Shown: positions 34,342-45,371, counted from the stretch's first letter. The stretch is 64,000 bases of DNA from Waterburya sp. (GCA_965217895.1 CBDCJV010000002.1:4416001-4480000), one strand, 5' to 3'. Program-made: numbers and translations. Notes: generated by a model from the letters alone, not told the origin.

Positions 34342-34875
34342 ATGTTTAGTGATTTCAACCCATTTTTAGAAATACTGATAACGAGTCCCATAGCATACGT
34401 AGCAATTATCATTATGCTACGAGTGTCAGGCAAACGAACTTTATCTAAATGGAATTCTTTTGACTTTGTAGTCACCATTGCTTTTGGTTCAGTTTTAGCC
34501 AGTATACTTATATCTACTAAAGTTAATTTTGTCAAAGGAATTTTGGCATTTGCCCTGCTAGTATTATTTCAATACGTTGTTACCTGGATTTCGGTGCGCT
34601 CTTCAATTATCCAAAAATTGATTAAAGCAGAACCAGCAATGCTGCTTTATCGAGGAGAAATGCAGCATGAGGTCATGAAACAAGAGCGTATCACTGAGGG
34701 AGAAATATTAGCGGCTTTACGCAGTAATGGTTTATCGGCAATAGAAGACGCTGATGCGGTAATCTTAGAAACAGATGGAAGCTTTAGCGTTATTCAAAAT
34801 CTTAACGACAGTTCTGCTTCTGCTTTAAAAGATGTTCGAGAATTTGACCGTACCAAAATGGCTCGTGCTAATTAA
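34342..34875 (+). CDS. DUF421 (YetF-like) membrane protein
   Basis: GKRTLSKWNSFDFVVT, ILETDGSFSV. Confidence 0.9.
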   Translation: MFSDFNPFLEILITSPIAYVAIIIMLRVSGKRTLSKWNSFDFVVTIAFGSVLASILISTKVNFVKGILAFALLVLFQYVVTWISVRSSIIQKLIKAEPAMLLYRGEMQHEVMKQERITEGEILAALRSNGLSAIEDADAVILETDGSFSVIQNLNDSSASALKDVREFDRTKMARAN

Positions 34876-34905
34876 AAATTTAAAAATGCTGATTATAACT
34901 GTTGA

Positions 34906-35628
34906 TTGCTTAAAATAATGAAACTTTGGCTATATTACCTTTTTTGCTTTTTTGGTATTATTCTTATACGTTACTTTTTGGTTGCAGGTGGAACTTACTG
35001 GCTGTTCTATTCTTCTAACCACAAATCTTTGGTTAAAAGTTCTATAAATCTTAAATCCCCAAGTCGCAAGTTAATCAAACAAGATATCACCTTATCTATT
35101 ATTACGGCGATCGCCCTAGCTATTTGTGCTGCCATAATAATGACTATTTATGATTCTGGTGCTACTCGTTTGTATTGGTCAGTTGACAAATATGGGGTAT
35201 GGTATTTAATTGCTAGTTTTCTGGGAGTGATTTTGCTACAGGATACCTGTTTCTATTTTTTTCATCGCGGATTCCATCATCCCCGATTATTTAACTGGCT
35301 GCATCGGGGACATCATCACTCCAAGCATCCAACACCCTGGACATCTTTTGCCCTTGATTTTCCTGAAGCACTTATTCAAGGACTGTTTTTAGTGGCGGTG
35401 GTTTTTATAATCCCACTCCATTTTGGTGTTTTGGCTTTATTACTAATCACTATGACTATTTGGGCATTGGTTAATCATCTTGGTTTTGAGCTATTCCCTA
35501 AATTTCCTCAGCATTGGCTAGGCAAATGGTTGATTAGTTCGGATCATCATTCTTTTCATCATCGCCATTATGCTCGACATTACGGACTTTACTTTACCTT
35601 TTGGGATCGTCTACTAGGTACTAACTAA
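34906..35628 (+). CDS. Sterol desaturase / fatty acid hydroxylase family protein
   Basis: His boxes HRGFHH, HRGHHH, HHSFHH. Confidence 0.9.
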   Translation: MLKIMKLWLYYLFCFFGIILIRYFLVAGGTYWLFYSSNHKSLVKSSINLKSPSRKLIKQDITLSIITAIALAICAAIIMTIYDSGATRLYWSVDKYGVWYLIASFLGVILLQDTCFYFFHRGFHHPRLFNWLHRGHHHSKHPTPWTSFALDFPEALIQGLFLVAVVFIIPLHFGVLALLLITMTIWALVNHLGFELFPKFPQHWLGKWLISSDHHSFHHRHYARHYGLYFTFWDRLLGTN

Positions 35629-35675
35629 AGGTAATAAATTTTTTTATTTAATACAATCTGAGGGTATTTAAAACA

Positions 35676-36224
35676 ATGGATAATTTTTCTAAGGATGAAG
35701 CTGTACAAACTGACTTTTACAACAACGATGTAGACAAAATACAGGCAGAAATACGAGAAACCCATCAAATTTCTCTGCTAGAAGAGAAATTAATCGTCAA
35801 ACGTCGCAAGCTCAAAGTTGGGGAAGTGATTGTTCGCAAAGAAGTAGAAACGCGAATGATACATCTGCCAATTCGTCGTGAAAAGCTAATTATAGAAAAA
35901 GTAGGCGCAACCAATGAACACCTAACAGAGGTTGATTTAGGAGAAGGGAAAATCAACGGCGTTAAGTTTAGTGAGTTGAGCAATACGGATGATATTTACC
36001 AAGTACAAAGTGGTTTTATTTCTCTAGAGGCGGTTAAACAGCTATTAGCGAAGATTGATAGTTATCAAGATCGGAATGAATTAGGCGATTGGGCTAATAC
36101 TCAGCCGAAGAATCGCCCTAATTCTAAAAATGTTAAAGTGCGCCTAGAGATAATTACCGATAATTCTCAATCTCAACAAACTTTTCAAGATCTTTGCGAT
36201 TCTCTGGATAGTTCTTTTAACTAA
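35676..36224 (+). CDS. DUF2382-domain protein
   Basis: ISLLEEKLIV...GEVIVRKEVETR. Confidence 0.8.
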   Translation: MDNFSKDEAVQTDFYNNDVDKIQAEIRETHQISLLEEKLIVKRRKLKVGEVIVRKEVETRMIHLPIRREKLIIEKVGATNEHLTEVDLGEGKINGVKFSELSNTDDIYQVQSGFISLEAVKQLLAKIDSYQDRNELGDWANTQPKNRPNSKNVKVRLEIITDNSQSQQTFQDLCDSLDSSFN

Positions 36225-36406
36225 GTAAAAGTCCTTATTAACTAATAGTAAAAAATTGAAAGCAATAGTATTTATAGTTAACACTATAAATACTGTTCAT
36301 TACATCTATTGATAGATGTTTTCGCTTTATCTTATTATTAAGATAAACAGTGTGAAAAGGATTAATCATCCTTAAAAAAACCAATTAAGCTTTAGCTATT
36401 TACATA

Positions 36407-36568
36407 ATGCAATACCAAACAACTATAGGATGGTCACTTATTACTTCGGGATTGACTACACTCGTACTTAAAGTTCTCCCTGGCAACTCACTTTGGTGGG
36501 GAATTGGATTTCTAATTATTGGTGGTGTTGTGCTTTTCTTACGCAAAAGCGATGTTGCCAGTACTTAG
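36407..36568 (+). CDS. 53-aa two-helix membrane protein (not in ORF track)
   Basis: MQYQTTIGWSLITSGLTTLVLKVLPGNSLWWGIGFLIIGGVVLFLRKSDVAST; followed by a hairpin. Confidence 0.65.
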   Translation: MQYQTTIGWSLITSGLTTLVLKVLPGNSLWWGIGFLIIGGVVLFLRKSDVAST

Positions 36569-36718
36569 ATTTATTGCATCAATTGTGTTTTTAAACCGCA
36601 TTTTCTTAGAAAATGCAGTTTAATATTTAGGCTAATTAAACATAAATCAACCTCATGATAGATAGAGATAAAGTAAACCAATTATTTAAACTTAAAGTAA
36701 TTAGATAGTTTTTATTTC

Positions 36719-38245
36719 TTGAATATCATGACAACTTTATTAGGGAAACCTATTTCCTTTTGGTTAGATTCTACTGCCAAAACAAGCTTTCCTAAAATGG
36801 AAAACGTTACCGTTGATGTTGCTATTATTGGCGCAGGCATTACAGGTATTACCGCAGCATATTTACTCAAAAAAGCGGGGAAAACCGTCGCCCTAATTGA
36901 AGCAGAACACATAGCAGCCAGTGCTAGTGGACACACCACTGCTAAAGTTACCTCTCTACATCAGCTTATTTATGCAGATCTGATTGATAAAATCGGTGAA
37001 GATAAAGCTAGACTCTATGGTGAATCAAATCAGGCTGGGGTTGAGTTTGTTGCTTCAACGGTACAAGAAGAGGAAATAGACTGCGATTTTCAACGCAACG
37101 ATACTTATAGCTTTGCTGAGAAAAAAGACAATTTAGACAAGGTTCAAAAAGAATATGATGCAGCAGTTAAGTTAGGTCTTCCTGCTCATTTTGTCAGTGA
37201 CACTACCCTGCCTTTTGAGATTGCAGGTGCGGTCAAGTTTACCAATCAGGCTCAATTTCATGTTCGCAAGTATCTTCTACACCTAGCTAATACTATTCCT
37301 GGAGATGGCAGCTATATTTTTGAAGATAGTCGAGTGCAAAGTGTAGAAGAGGGAACACCCTGTACGGTATCTGCCAACAATACCACTTTGCAGGCGACTG
37401 AGGTACTGCTGACAACTCATTTGCCAATTATGGATCAGGGGCTGTTTTTTGCTAAAACTTATCCCCAACGTTCTTATATTGTTGGTGCCAAAATTAATCA
37501 AGAAAAAGCACCCAAAGGAATGTATATTGGTGTGGGCAAAAACTATCACTCAATTCGTACTACTCCTACCGAAGATGGAGGCTTGCTACTGTTGATTGGT
37601 GGTGGTGGTCATAAAGTTGGAGAAAAAAGCGAAACAGAAGAATCTTATCAAGAATTAGAAAGCTACGCCCATTCTCATTTTGGCATCGACAAAATCGACT
37701 ATCGTTGGTCAACTCAGGATTATAAATCTTTTGACCGACTTCCCTATATTGGCAAGTTGACTCCTGCAAACGAGCATATTTATGTAGCCACAGGCTTTAG
37801 TCTTTGGGGGATGAGCAAAGGCACAATGGCAGGAATACTTTTAGCAGATTTAGTACAGGGAAAAGAAAATCCTTGGGCAGATTTATACGATTCTCTTAGA
37901 GCAACACCTTTTGTAACAACTGAATCGATTAAAAATAATCTTGATGTGGGAATGCATTGGGTAGGAGATCGGCTTAAAGGTATCCAAAACTGGTCTACCG
38001 ATGATGTCAAACCTGGTGAGGGAAAAATAATTACTCTCAAAGGTGAAAAAGTTGGAGTTTATAAAGATGAAGCGGGTAAAGTAACCGCAGTCAACGCTAC
38101 CTGTCCTCATCTCGGCTGCATTGTTAACTGGAACAGTGCCGAAAAAAGCTGGGACTGTCCTTGTCATGGTGGACGTTTTACCTATGAAGGGAAGCTAATT
38201 CAAGCTCCTCCAGTCAAGGACTTGGAGCAAAAAGTTTTGTCTTAA
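36719..38245 (+). CDS. FAD-dependent oxidoreductase with C-terminal Rieske domain (YhfW-like)
   Basis: IIGAGITG, SGHTTAK, CPHLGC...CPCHG. Confidence 0.92.
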   Translation: MNIMTTLLGKPISFWLDSTAKTSFPKMENVTVDVAIIGAGITGITAAYLLKKAGKTVALIEAEHIAASASGHTTAKVTSLHQLIYADLIDKIGEDKARLYGESNQAGVEFVASTVQEEEIDCDFQRNDTYSFAEKKDNLDKVQKEYDAAVKLGLPAHFVSDTTLPFEIAGAVKFTNQAQFHVRKYLLHLANTIPGDGSYIFEDSRVQSVEEGTPCTVSANNTTLQATEVLLTTHLPIMDQGLFFAKTYPQRSYIVGAKINQEKAPKGMYIGVGKNYHSIRTTPTEDGGLLLLIGGGGHKVGEKSETEESYQELESYAHSHFGIDKIDYRWSTQDYKSFDRLPYIGKLTPANEHIYVATGFSLWGMSKGTMAGILLADLVQGKENPWADLYDSLRATPFVTTESIKNNLDVGMHWVGDRLKGIQNWSTDDVKPGEGKIITLKGEKVGVYKDEAGKVTAVNATCPHLGCIVNWNSAEKSWDCPCHGGRFTYEGKLIQAPPVKDLEQKVLS

Positions 38246-38299
38246 ATTGATTCTTTGATTGACTATGAGAAATCTGGGTGAGTCGTCAGGCTTACCTTA

Positions 38300-38331
38300 T
38301 AGCTGTTTAAAGCGATCGCTTTAAACAGCTA
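38300..38331. terminator. Perfect 32-bp palindrome centred on HIP1, likely terminator
   Basis: TAGCTGTTTAAAGCGATCGCTTTAAACAGCTA between convergent genes, followed by an A-run. Confidence 0.7.
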
Positions 38332-38389
38332 AAAAAATAGAGATGCTTTAGTCAAACATCCCTACAAAACAGAAATAAATCTTTTAGTG

Positions 38390-39013
38390 TTAATTAATCA
38401 GATATACCAAGACAAATAACACTAACCAAATTACATCAACAAAGTGCCAATATATTTCTGCTGCCTCTACGCCAAAATGGCTGCTGCTAGAATAGTGTCC
38501 TTCTTCGCGCGATCGCCATAAGACACAGAGAATTAACAAGACACCTGTCAATACGTGCAAACCGTGAAATCCAGTTAAGACATAAAAGCAACTGGCTAAT
38601 AGGTTAGTGGTTAAACCAAACTCAGCATGAGAATACTCATATATTTGTCCAGCTAAGAACACCGCGCCCATAGCTGCGGTGATGCCGAACCAAGTCTGTA
38701 AACCTTTAACGTCGTTATTTTTAAGAGCAGTTTGTCCTCGGTGCATTACAAAACTACTGGCTACGAGAATCGAAGTATTTATAATGGGGATTAGCAGCTC
38801 AAACTCTTCCATTCCCTCAGGAGGCCAGACTGGCATAATCGCTCGATAAATGAGCAACGCAGCAAAAAAACCGATGAAGGTCATGCTATCGGAAACCAGA
38901 AAGATGTACAGACCAAACATTCGATGATCGGGATGTCCGTGATGTCCATGGTCTGCTTCTTGTTCTGAGGCGATTGCTATTTGTGATTTATTGTCTACTG
39001 TTGAACCTTGCAT
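38390..39013 (-). CDS. ctaE: Cytochrome c oxidase subunit III
   Basis: TGFHGLHV, YWHFVD. Confidence 0.96.
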   Translation of the reverse strand: MQGSTVDNKSQIAIASEQEADHGHHGHPDHRMFGLYIFLVSDSMTFIGFFAALLIYRAIMPVWPPEGMEEFELLIPIINTSILVASSFVMHRGQTALKNNDVKGLQTWFGITAAMGAVFLAGQIYEYSHAEFGLTTNLLASCFYVLTGFHGLHVLTGVLLILCVLWRSREEGHYSSSSHFGVEAAEIYWHFVDVIWLVLFVLVYLIN

Positions 39014-39167
39014 ATTAAATAAATTGGTTTTGTTCTAATTGATTGGTTAAGACAGTTATTAGTTGTTAGTTATTAGTCAGGAGAAAAGGAAATTAGGTTT
39101 GAAGAAAAGACAAATCACTTTGCTACTGTTTCTTTCCTCATTCCTTATCCCTTATCTCTCATCCTTC

Positions 39168-40850
39168 TTACCGCCTTTCTGCCGTTACGGCTGCCAACAT
39201 ATCTTCAACATCTTCATCTCCATCGATACTTTCAGTGTCTACACCATAATCATAAGGTCCTGCCCATAAGACAGGCTCTTCTTCAAAGTTTTCAATAATT
39301 GGTGGGGAAGCAGTTTGCCATTCTAAAGTTAAAGCACGCCAAGGGTTGCGACCAGCTTTTTTGCCTTTATACAAACTCCAAACAATATTGATAATGAAGG
39401 GGAAGGTAGATAATGCCAGAATATATGACCCAATAGTACAGACCATGTTGAGAGTCTGAAACTGAGGATCGTAAAGGGCAATACGACGGTTCATACCCTG
39501 TAAGCCCAATTGGTGCATGGGTAAAAAAGTAATGTTAAAGCCAATAAAGGTCATAATAAAGTGAATTTGACCCAGGGTTTCATTAACCATCCGCCCAGTC
39601 ATTTTCGGAAACCAATGATAGACCGCTGCAAACAAGCCAAATACCGAACCGCCAAAGAGAACATAGTGGAAGTGAGCCACAATAAAATATGTGTCATGGA
39701 CGTGAATGTCAAACGGCACAGCAGCCAACATTACTCCACTTAAGCCACCAATTAAGAAAGACGAAAGAAAACCAACTGCAAAAATAAAGGCACTATTGAG
39801 ACTAAGTTTTCCACCCCAAATAGTCGCACACCAGCTAAATACCTTAATCCCTGTAGGTACGGCAATAATCATAGTGGTTGCCATAAAAAACATCCGCAAC
39901 CAACCAGGAGTTCCACTAGAGAACATATGGTGCGCCCAGACAATTAAGCCTAAAAAACTAATTGCCAAACTAGAATAGGCGATCGCCCGATAGCCGAAGA
40001 CTGGTTTACGGGCATGAACTGGCAAAATTTCAGAAATTGCGCCAAAAAAGGGCAAAATCATAATATATACCGCAGGATGGGAATAGAACCAGAACATATG
40101 CTGGTAAACTATCGGATCTCCACCTCCCGCAGGATTGAAAAATGCCGTACCTGCAAGCAGATCGAAAGAAAGCAAGATTAATGCCGCCCCTAATACCGGA
40201 GTACCAATCAAGATCAAGCCTGAAGTTGCCAACATTGACCAGCAAAACAAAGGCATACTGTGAATGTCCATATCAGGCATCCGCATTAGCAGGATAGTAG
40301 TGACAAAGTTAATTGCCCCCAACATTGAAGATGTTCCCAAGATCAAAATGCTGAGAATCCAAATCTCTTCTCCTGATTTACCGCTTACCAAACTCAAAGG
40401 TGGATAAGAAGTCCAGCCAGCTTGAGGCGCACCGTTAAAGAAGCTACTCAGTAATAAAATACCGCCTGGGGGAATCATCCAGAATGCCACGGCATTAAGA
40501 CGGGGAAATGCCATATCTTCTGCCCCAATCATCAGCGGAATCAAATAATTAGCAAATGCTGCCCCCGCAGGAATAATCCACAAAAACAACATAATTGTGC
40601 CGTGCATCGTCAAAAGCTGATTGTAAAATTCGGGTTGCACAAAATCAGGGTCGGGAGTAGAAAGTTCAGTCCGCATTACCTCGGCTAATGCGCCACCTAT
40701 AAAGTAGAAAAGGAAAGCGGTAGTTAGATATTGAATACCAATTACTTTGTGATCGGTACTAAAGCCAAAGTAGTCCTGCCACTTTCTTTGAGGATGTTCA
40801 TTCTGCTCTGGAGAAGTTGTAGGAGCATTTCTTTCTAGTGTTGTACTCAT
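39168..40850 (-). CDS. ctaD: Cytochrome c oxidase subunit I
   Basis: WFYSHPAVY, WAHHM, HFHY. Confidence 0.98.
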   Translation of the reverse strand: MSTTLERNAPTTSPEQNEHPQRKWQDYFGFSTDHKVIGIQYLTTAFLFYFIGGALAEVMRTELSTPDPDFVQPEFYNQLLTMHGTIMLFLWIIPAGAAFANYLIPLMIGAEDMAFPRLNAVAFWMIPPGGILLLSSFFNGAPQAGWTSYPPLSLVSGKSGEEIWILSILILGTSSMLGAINFVTTILLMRMPDMDIHSMPLFCWSMLATSGLILIGTPVLGAALILLSFDLLAGTAFFNPAGGGDPIVYQHMFWFYSHPAVYIMILPFFGAISEILPVHARKPVFGYRAIAYSSLAISFLGLIVWAHHMFSSGTPGWLRMFFMATTMIIAVPTGIKVFSWCATIWGGKLSLNSAFIFAVGFLSSFLIGGLSGVMLAAVPFDIHVHDTYFIVAHFHYVLFGGSVFGLFAAVYHWFPKMTGRMVNETLGQIHFIMTFIGFNITFLPMHQLGLQGMNRRIALYDPQFQTLNMVCTIGSYILALSTFPFIINIVWSLYKGKKAGRNPWRALTLEWQTASPPIIENFEEEPVLWAGPYDYGVDTESIDGDEDVEDMLAAVTAERR

Positions 40851-40897
40851 TTTTTACGGTTGGAAAGTCTGAATTTATCTGTTTTAAGAGCTATTAG

Positions 40898-40971
40898 CCC
40901 TTCGGGTTCGGCAGTTGCTCATGGGACAAAGGCTTTAGCCGCATGTGACCCCCAAGACCGCACTGCCTCAC
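40898..40971. repeat. Nested small dispersed repeat
   Basis: CCCTTCGGGTTCGGCAGTTGCTCATGGG[ACAAAGGCTTTAGCCGCATGT]GACCCCCAAGACCGCACTGCCTCAC. Confidence 0.8.
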
Positions 40972-41039
40972 TATCAGCTTTTAGCTTTTAGCTTTTTAAA
41001 TAATTGCTTGTAAGTTGGGTTAGCAAGCTATTTCAAATT

Positions 41040-42008
41040 TCACTTGCTACTTGAGCGAAGCGTTATTAAGGCATCGGCATCTATTCCCATATCTTTAGCA
41101 TAGGGTGCTAAAAATTCGGCATCAGAACTAGATGCAGGAGTCATGGCTACGGATTTATTGCTGTCACTATTCATAGCAAAAGTATTTTCCTGAATCCACT
41201 TTTGATAGTTCTCTTGAGTTTCTACATAAAGCTGAGTTTTCATTCCGCCATGATATGCGCCACAAAGTTCGGCACAAACGACAGGATATTGCCCGACTTT
41301 ATTAGGTGTAAAGACCAACTTGGTTTCTCTACCAGGAATTACGTCCTGCTTGATTCTAAATTCAGGCAGCCAGAAGGCATGAATTACGTCGCCCGCCGTC
41401 ATATTTAGGGCTACAGGGCGATCGACAGGAACGTGTATTTCTCCTGAAATTACGCCACTTTCTGGGTAGGTAAATATCCAGGCGTACTGAATACCATTGA
41501 CCTTTACTTCTAGAGGGTCTACACCTTGATCCGAGTCAGGAGAAACGCCTAAACCTAAAGCTATATTTTGCCTACTCGGATCTAAAGCCACTAATTCTGA
41601 ATGATGATGAGCATGGGCTAACTGAGGGCCAGAATCTCCTGCTGCCATGGGATCTAATCCCCCCATGCGGTTGTATATTTCAAAACTGTAAATGGAGAGA
41701 ATAAAAACAATTACCGTAGGTATGGCAGTCCAGACAATCTCTAGAGGAACATTGCCCTCGATCGGAGGACCATCAGTGGTATCGCCTTTTTGGCGACGAA
41801 ATTTAAATAGGGAGTAAACTAATACCCCTTCTACTAAAAGAAATAAACCAGTAGCAATGGTCATCATAAAGTTAAAGAGTTCATCCACGTCTCCTGCATC
41901 ACTAGATGCTGCTACAGGAAGAAGTCCATGATTTTGTCCGTACCACAGACTGATTAAAGTCATCGCAATTCCTGCGATGAGAGTGATTATGTTACCAGGA
42001 ATATTCAC
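41040..42008 (-). CDS. ctaC: Cytochrome c oxidase subunit II
   Basis: DVIHAF and CuA motif CAELCGAYHGGM. Confidence 0.97.
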   Translation of the reverse strand: MNIPGNIITLIAGIAMTLISLWYGQNHGLLPVAASSDAGDVDELFNFMMTIATGLFLLVEGVLVYSLFKFRRQKGDTTDGPPIEGNVPLEIVWTAIPTVIVFILSIYSFEIYNRMGGLDPMAAGDSGPQLAHAHHHSELVALDPSRQNIALGLGVSPDSDQGVDPLEVKVNGIQYAWIFTYPESGVISGEIHVPVDRPVALNMTAGDVIHAFWLPEFRIKQDVIPGRETKLVFTPNKVGQYPVVCAELCGAYHGGMKTQLYVETQENYQKWIQENTFAMNSDSNKSVAMTPASSSDAEFLAPYAKDMGIDADALITLRSSSK

Positions 42009-42519
42009 GTTTATAGATTTTGGGTAGTGTTTTCAAAAATTAGGACTAGCTGATTATTTCTCAGGGTTATATTTATAATTTACGACTTATGGATGGAAAT
42101 TGTTGATGGAAATAATACTAAAATTTCAACTACTTAATATTTTTCTGTCTACTTATTAGGTTAAATCAAATTACTGGCGGATAGGCAAAGATAAAGCTTA
42201 AGTTTCTAATATTGAACCCAATTCTTTATCTTTTATTTGGGATCGGTTAAATTCTTAGCTACGGGCATAGTCTATAAGTTTGCTTTTGTCAGAAAAATTT
42301 TATTTTTTCTTTATAAAGAACAGCCTTTATCAGAAAAATTCCTAACTCAATCTGAAGAATATCTAAAATGATCAACCTATTATAAAAAGGTCGCTAGAGT
42401 ATTAGTAGAGGAAAGTAAGATAAGACCTAAGAAAAAATAATAGTTCATAGTTTAAATTTTAAACGAACACTCTTATAAGTTTAGTAAAGTTTTTTTCCAT
42501 TTAGTTAGTCAAGTGTGCT

Positions 42520-43443
42520 ATGACAGAATCAACTTTTCAACCACAAACCAGCAACAGAAAAGACCTCCCGAAACCCCAAGTCTGGATTCGCCGTTTAGTT
42601 TGGAAAATTGCGATCGCCACACTACTTTTGATGGCGGTTGGTAGTGCCACTAGGGTGATGAACGCGGGATTAGCTTGTCCAGACTGGCCTTTGTGCTATG
42701 GTCAGCTTGTGCCAGCCCGACAGATGAACCTCCAGGTATTTTTAGAATGGTTTCATCGTTTAGATGCTGCTTTGATTGGAATTAGTGCGATCGCCTTATC
42801 TGGTTTATCCTGGTGGTATCGTCGCCTATTGCCAAAATGGCTGCCTTGGGCTGCTACTTTTGCCCTATTTCTGATTGTTTTTCAGGGTATTTTAGGCGGT
42901 CTTACAGTTACTCAACTGTTACGCTTTGATATTGTTACAGCACATCTAGGCACAGCACTATTATTCTTTACAACCCTAATCATTATGGGAACTGCACTGC
43001 TACCTTATCAGGGAACAAAAACCGCAGGAAAGCTAAGTTGGTTAGGCTTGAGCGCAACAGCTTTAGTTTATCTGCAAAGTATTTTAGGAGGTTTAGTTGG
43101 CTCTCGTTGGGCATTGCATCAGTGTTTTGGCGGTTCTCAACTGTGTAACATCATGAATGCCCATATTTTAGGAGTTGTTCCCCCTACTTTGGCAACCATT
43201 GCGCTGGTTTGGTTTGCCAAGAAAACTCCTGGCTTACATAAAAATCTGCGTATCTTAGCCAACGCAGCAGCAGCCCTAGTCAGTCTGCAAATTTTACTGG
43301 GGTTTGCTACGTTCAAACTGCACCTTCAGGTTGAGCCTTTAACAGTTACTCATCAGGCGGTAGGTGCGAGTTTATTAGGAGTATTAGTTGCTTTTACGGT
43401 ACTAGCTATACGAGATCAAAAAGAACAGGCGATCGCTCAATAA
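42520..43443 (+). CDS. ctaA: Heme A synthase
   Basis: GLACPDWPLC, EWFHR. Confidence 0.93.
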   Translation: MTESTFQPQTSNRKDLPKPQVWIRRLVWKIAIATLLLMAVGSATRVMNAGLACPDWPLCYGQLVPARQMNLQVFLEWFHRLDAALIGISAIALSGLSWWYRRLLPKWLPWAATFALFLIVFQGILGGLTVTQLLRFDIVTAHLGTALLFFTTLIIMGTALLPYQGTKTAGKLSWLGLSATALVYLQSILGGLVGSRWALHQCFGGSQLCNIMNAHILGVVPPTLATIALVWFAKKTPGLHKNLRILANAAAALVSLQILLGFATFKLHLQVEPLTVTHQAVGASLLGVLVAFTVLAIRDQKEQAIAQ

Positions 43444-43503
43444 AATCAAAAATACTTTACACTACTTTACACATAGTCACAATAAACTAAAGGAAAAATC
43501 ATA

Positions 43504-44448
43504 ATGACAGGGACAAGTCTAGCCCGCCAAAATCAAAATTTAGCTGAAGTAGTCAAAAGCTATTATCAGCTAACCAAACCCCGTATCATTCCCTTGCTGC
43601 TAATCACTACGGCTGCATCAATGTGGATTGCTTCTGAGGGCAGAGTAGACCCAATTTTACTATTAGTTACTTTATTAGGGGGTACATTAGCAGCAGCTTC
43701 GGCTCAAGTACTCAACTGCATCTACGACCAAGATATTGACTACACCATGACTCGGACACGCAAGCGTCCGATTCCTTCAGGTAAGGTGCAGCCTCGTCAT
43801 GCTCTAATTTTTGCTGCCGTATTAGGCATACTTTCATTTTCTTTGCTAACTTTGTTTGCCAATTTATTGGCAGCATTATTGGCAATGTCTGGCATTATCT
43901 TTTATATGCTCATTTATACCCATTGGCTAAAGCGACACACGACTCAAAACATTGTGATTGGTGGTGCTGCGGGGTCAATTCCACCTTTAGTTGGTTGGGC
44001 TGCGGTCACAGGCAGCTTGGGCTTTACTCCCTGGCTCTTGTTTGGCATTATCTTTCTGTGGACTCCTCCTCATTTTTGGGCTTTGGCACTGATGATCAAA
44101 GAAGACTATGCCGAAGTGGGAATACCAATGTTGCCTGTAGTTAAAGGTGAGGAAGAAACTGTTAAGCAAATCTGGGTTTATACTTTGTTGGTATTTCCCT
44201 GTAGCCTGTTGTTAATGTATCCTGTAGGTAATTTAGGCATTGTCTATGGCGCGATCGCAACTTATCTCGGCTACCAGTTTATCTACAAGGCTTGGGAATT
44301 AAAACAAGATCCAACTAGCAATCAGTTAGCGCGGGGAATGTTTAAATATTCCATCTTATATATGATGCTGTTGTGCGTAGGAATGATTATTGACACTTTG
44401 CCTCTGACTCACAAGCTAATAGGCATGGTGTTTACCTGCGGTGGATAA
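43504..44448 (+). CDS. ctaB: Heme O synthase
   Basis: LTKPRI, DQDID, WTPPHFWAL. Confidence 0.96.
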   Translation: MTGTSLARQNQNLAEVVKSYYQLTKPRIIPLLLITTAASMWIASEGRVDPILLLVTLLGGTLAAASAQVLNCIYDQDIDYTMTRTRKRPIPSGKVQPRHALIFAAVLGILSFSLLTLFANLLAALLAMSGIIFYMLIYTHWLKRHTTQNIVIGGAAGSIPPLVGWAAVTGSLGFTPWLLFGIIFLWTPPHFWALALMIKEDYAEVGIPMLPVVKGEEETVKQIWVYTLLVFPCSLLLMYPVGNLGIVYGAIATYLGYQFIYKAWELKQDPTSNQLARGMFKYSILYMMLLCVGMIIDTLPLTHKLIGMVFTCGG

Positions 44449-44603
44449 TTTTGAAACTATCTAGTGTGGATCGATAATATGCCATTAGAATTAAAGAGCT
44501 TTGATTATATTTTTTCCACACTACACTGTAGTATTTGAATTGATGGATTATAAATTACTCCTTATCAAGCTATTTACCTAAAAAATTAGAATGCATCTCA
44601 GCT

Positions 44604-44633
44604 AAAAGCCCCAACAAATAAGTTGGGGCTTTT
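44604..44633. terminator. Bidirectional intrinsic terminator
   Basis: AAAAGCCCCAAC...GTTGGGGCTTTT. Confidence 0.85.
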
Positions 44634-44749
44634 GACTTAAGATTTAATTTCAAGAAGGACGTTCAGCCTTGACTAACTTTTACTATTTTTTTTATTTAAA
44701 ATGTCAATCTCAACTGAAAGTTAGAAAGTATTAACAATTAACATAATAG

Positions 44750-45091
44750 CTAGTTTGTATCGAAATGGTCAGCGAGAGTTCTTACACTACGTAAATAACC
44801 TTGATCGTTGAGAGTAGCTTCTGATAGCCTACCTGTCGAAATGGCAGCTTTAACTAGATCTCTAGATTGTAATTTGTTAGTTTTGATTGCGCCAATAAAT
44901 CTGCTACCAGAAGGAATTCTTTGATTTGTAAAACGACCTTGATAGGCTGCTGATACTAAATTAGACGGACTAATTTCGACGCTATTACGTGCCTGTTGAC
45001 TATTGATAACAACGTTTTCTTGAGCCAATAAGGGGGCAGAAAAACCTAAAGTTGCTAATATTGATAAAGTAATAATTGAAGATAGTTTCAT
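44750..45091 (-). CDS. Secreted hypothetical protein
   Basis: Signal peptide, LVSAAYQG. Confidence 0.7.
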   Translation of the reverse strand: MKLSSIITLSILATLGFSAPLLAQENVVINSQQARNSVEISPSNLVSAAYQGRFTNQRIPSGSRFIGAIKTNKLQSRDLVKAAISTGRLSEATLNDQGYLRSVRTLADHFDTN

Positions 45092-45371
45092 GATTTTGTA
45101 GCCTATAAATTAGTTTTAGCTTTGAATCATTTTTTACTTGATTCAATTACTATATTGAGCTGGATAACTTAGATGATGATGAGGGAGATCTAAAGCACCA
45201 ATAAGATATTGTTTCAAAAAACTAACCAATAAATCAGCAAATATTAATTCTGTCCGTTTATAATTTATTTGACTAAACCGTTTTTTGAGAAAGCGAAAGA
45301 AATTAACTCTTTACTAGTCTCTTTTTTATTAATCGCAAATTACAGACAAAAATACTCATATCTTGGTATTT

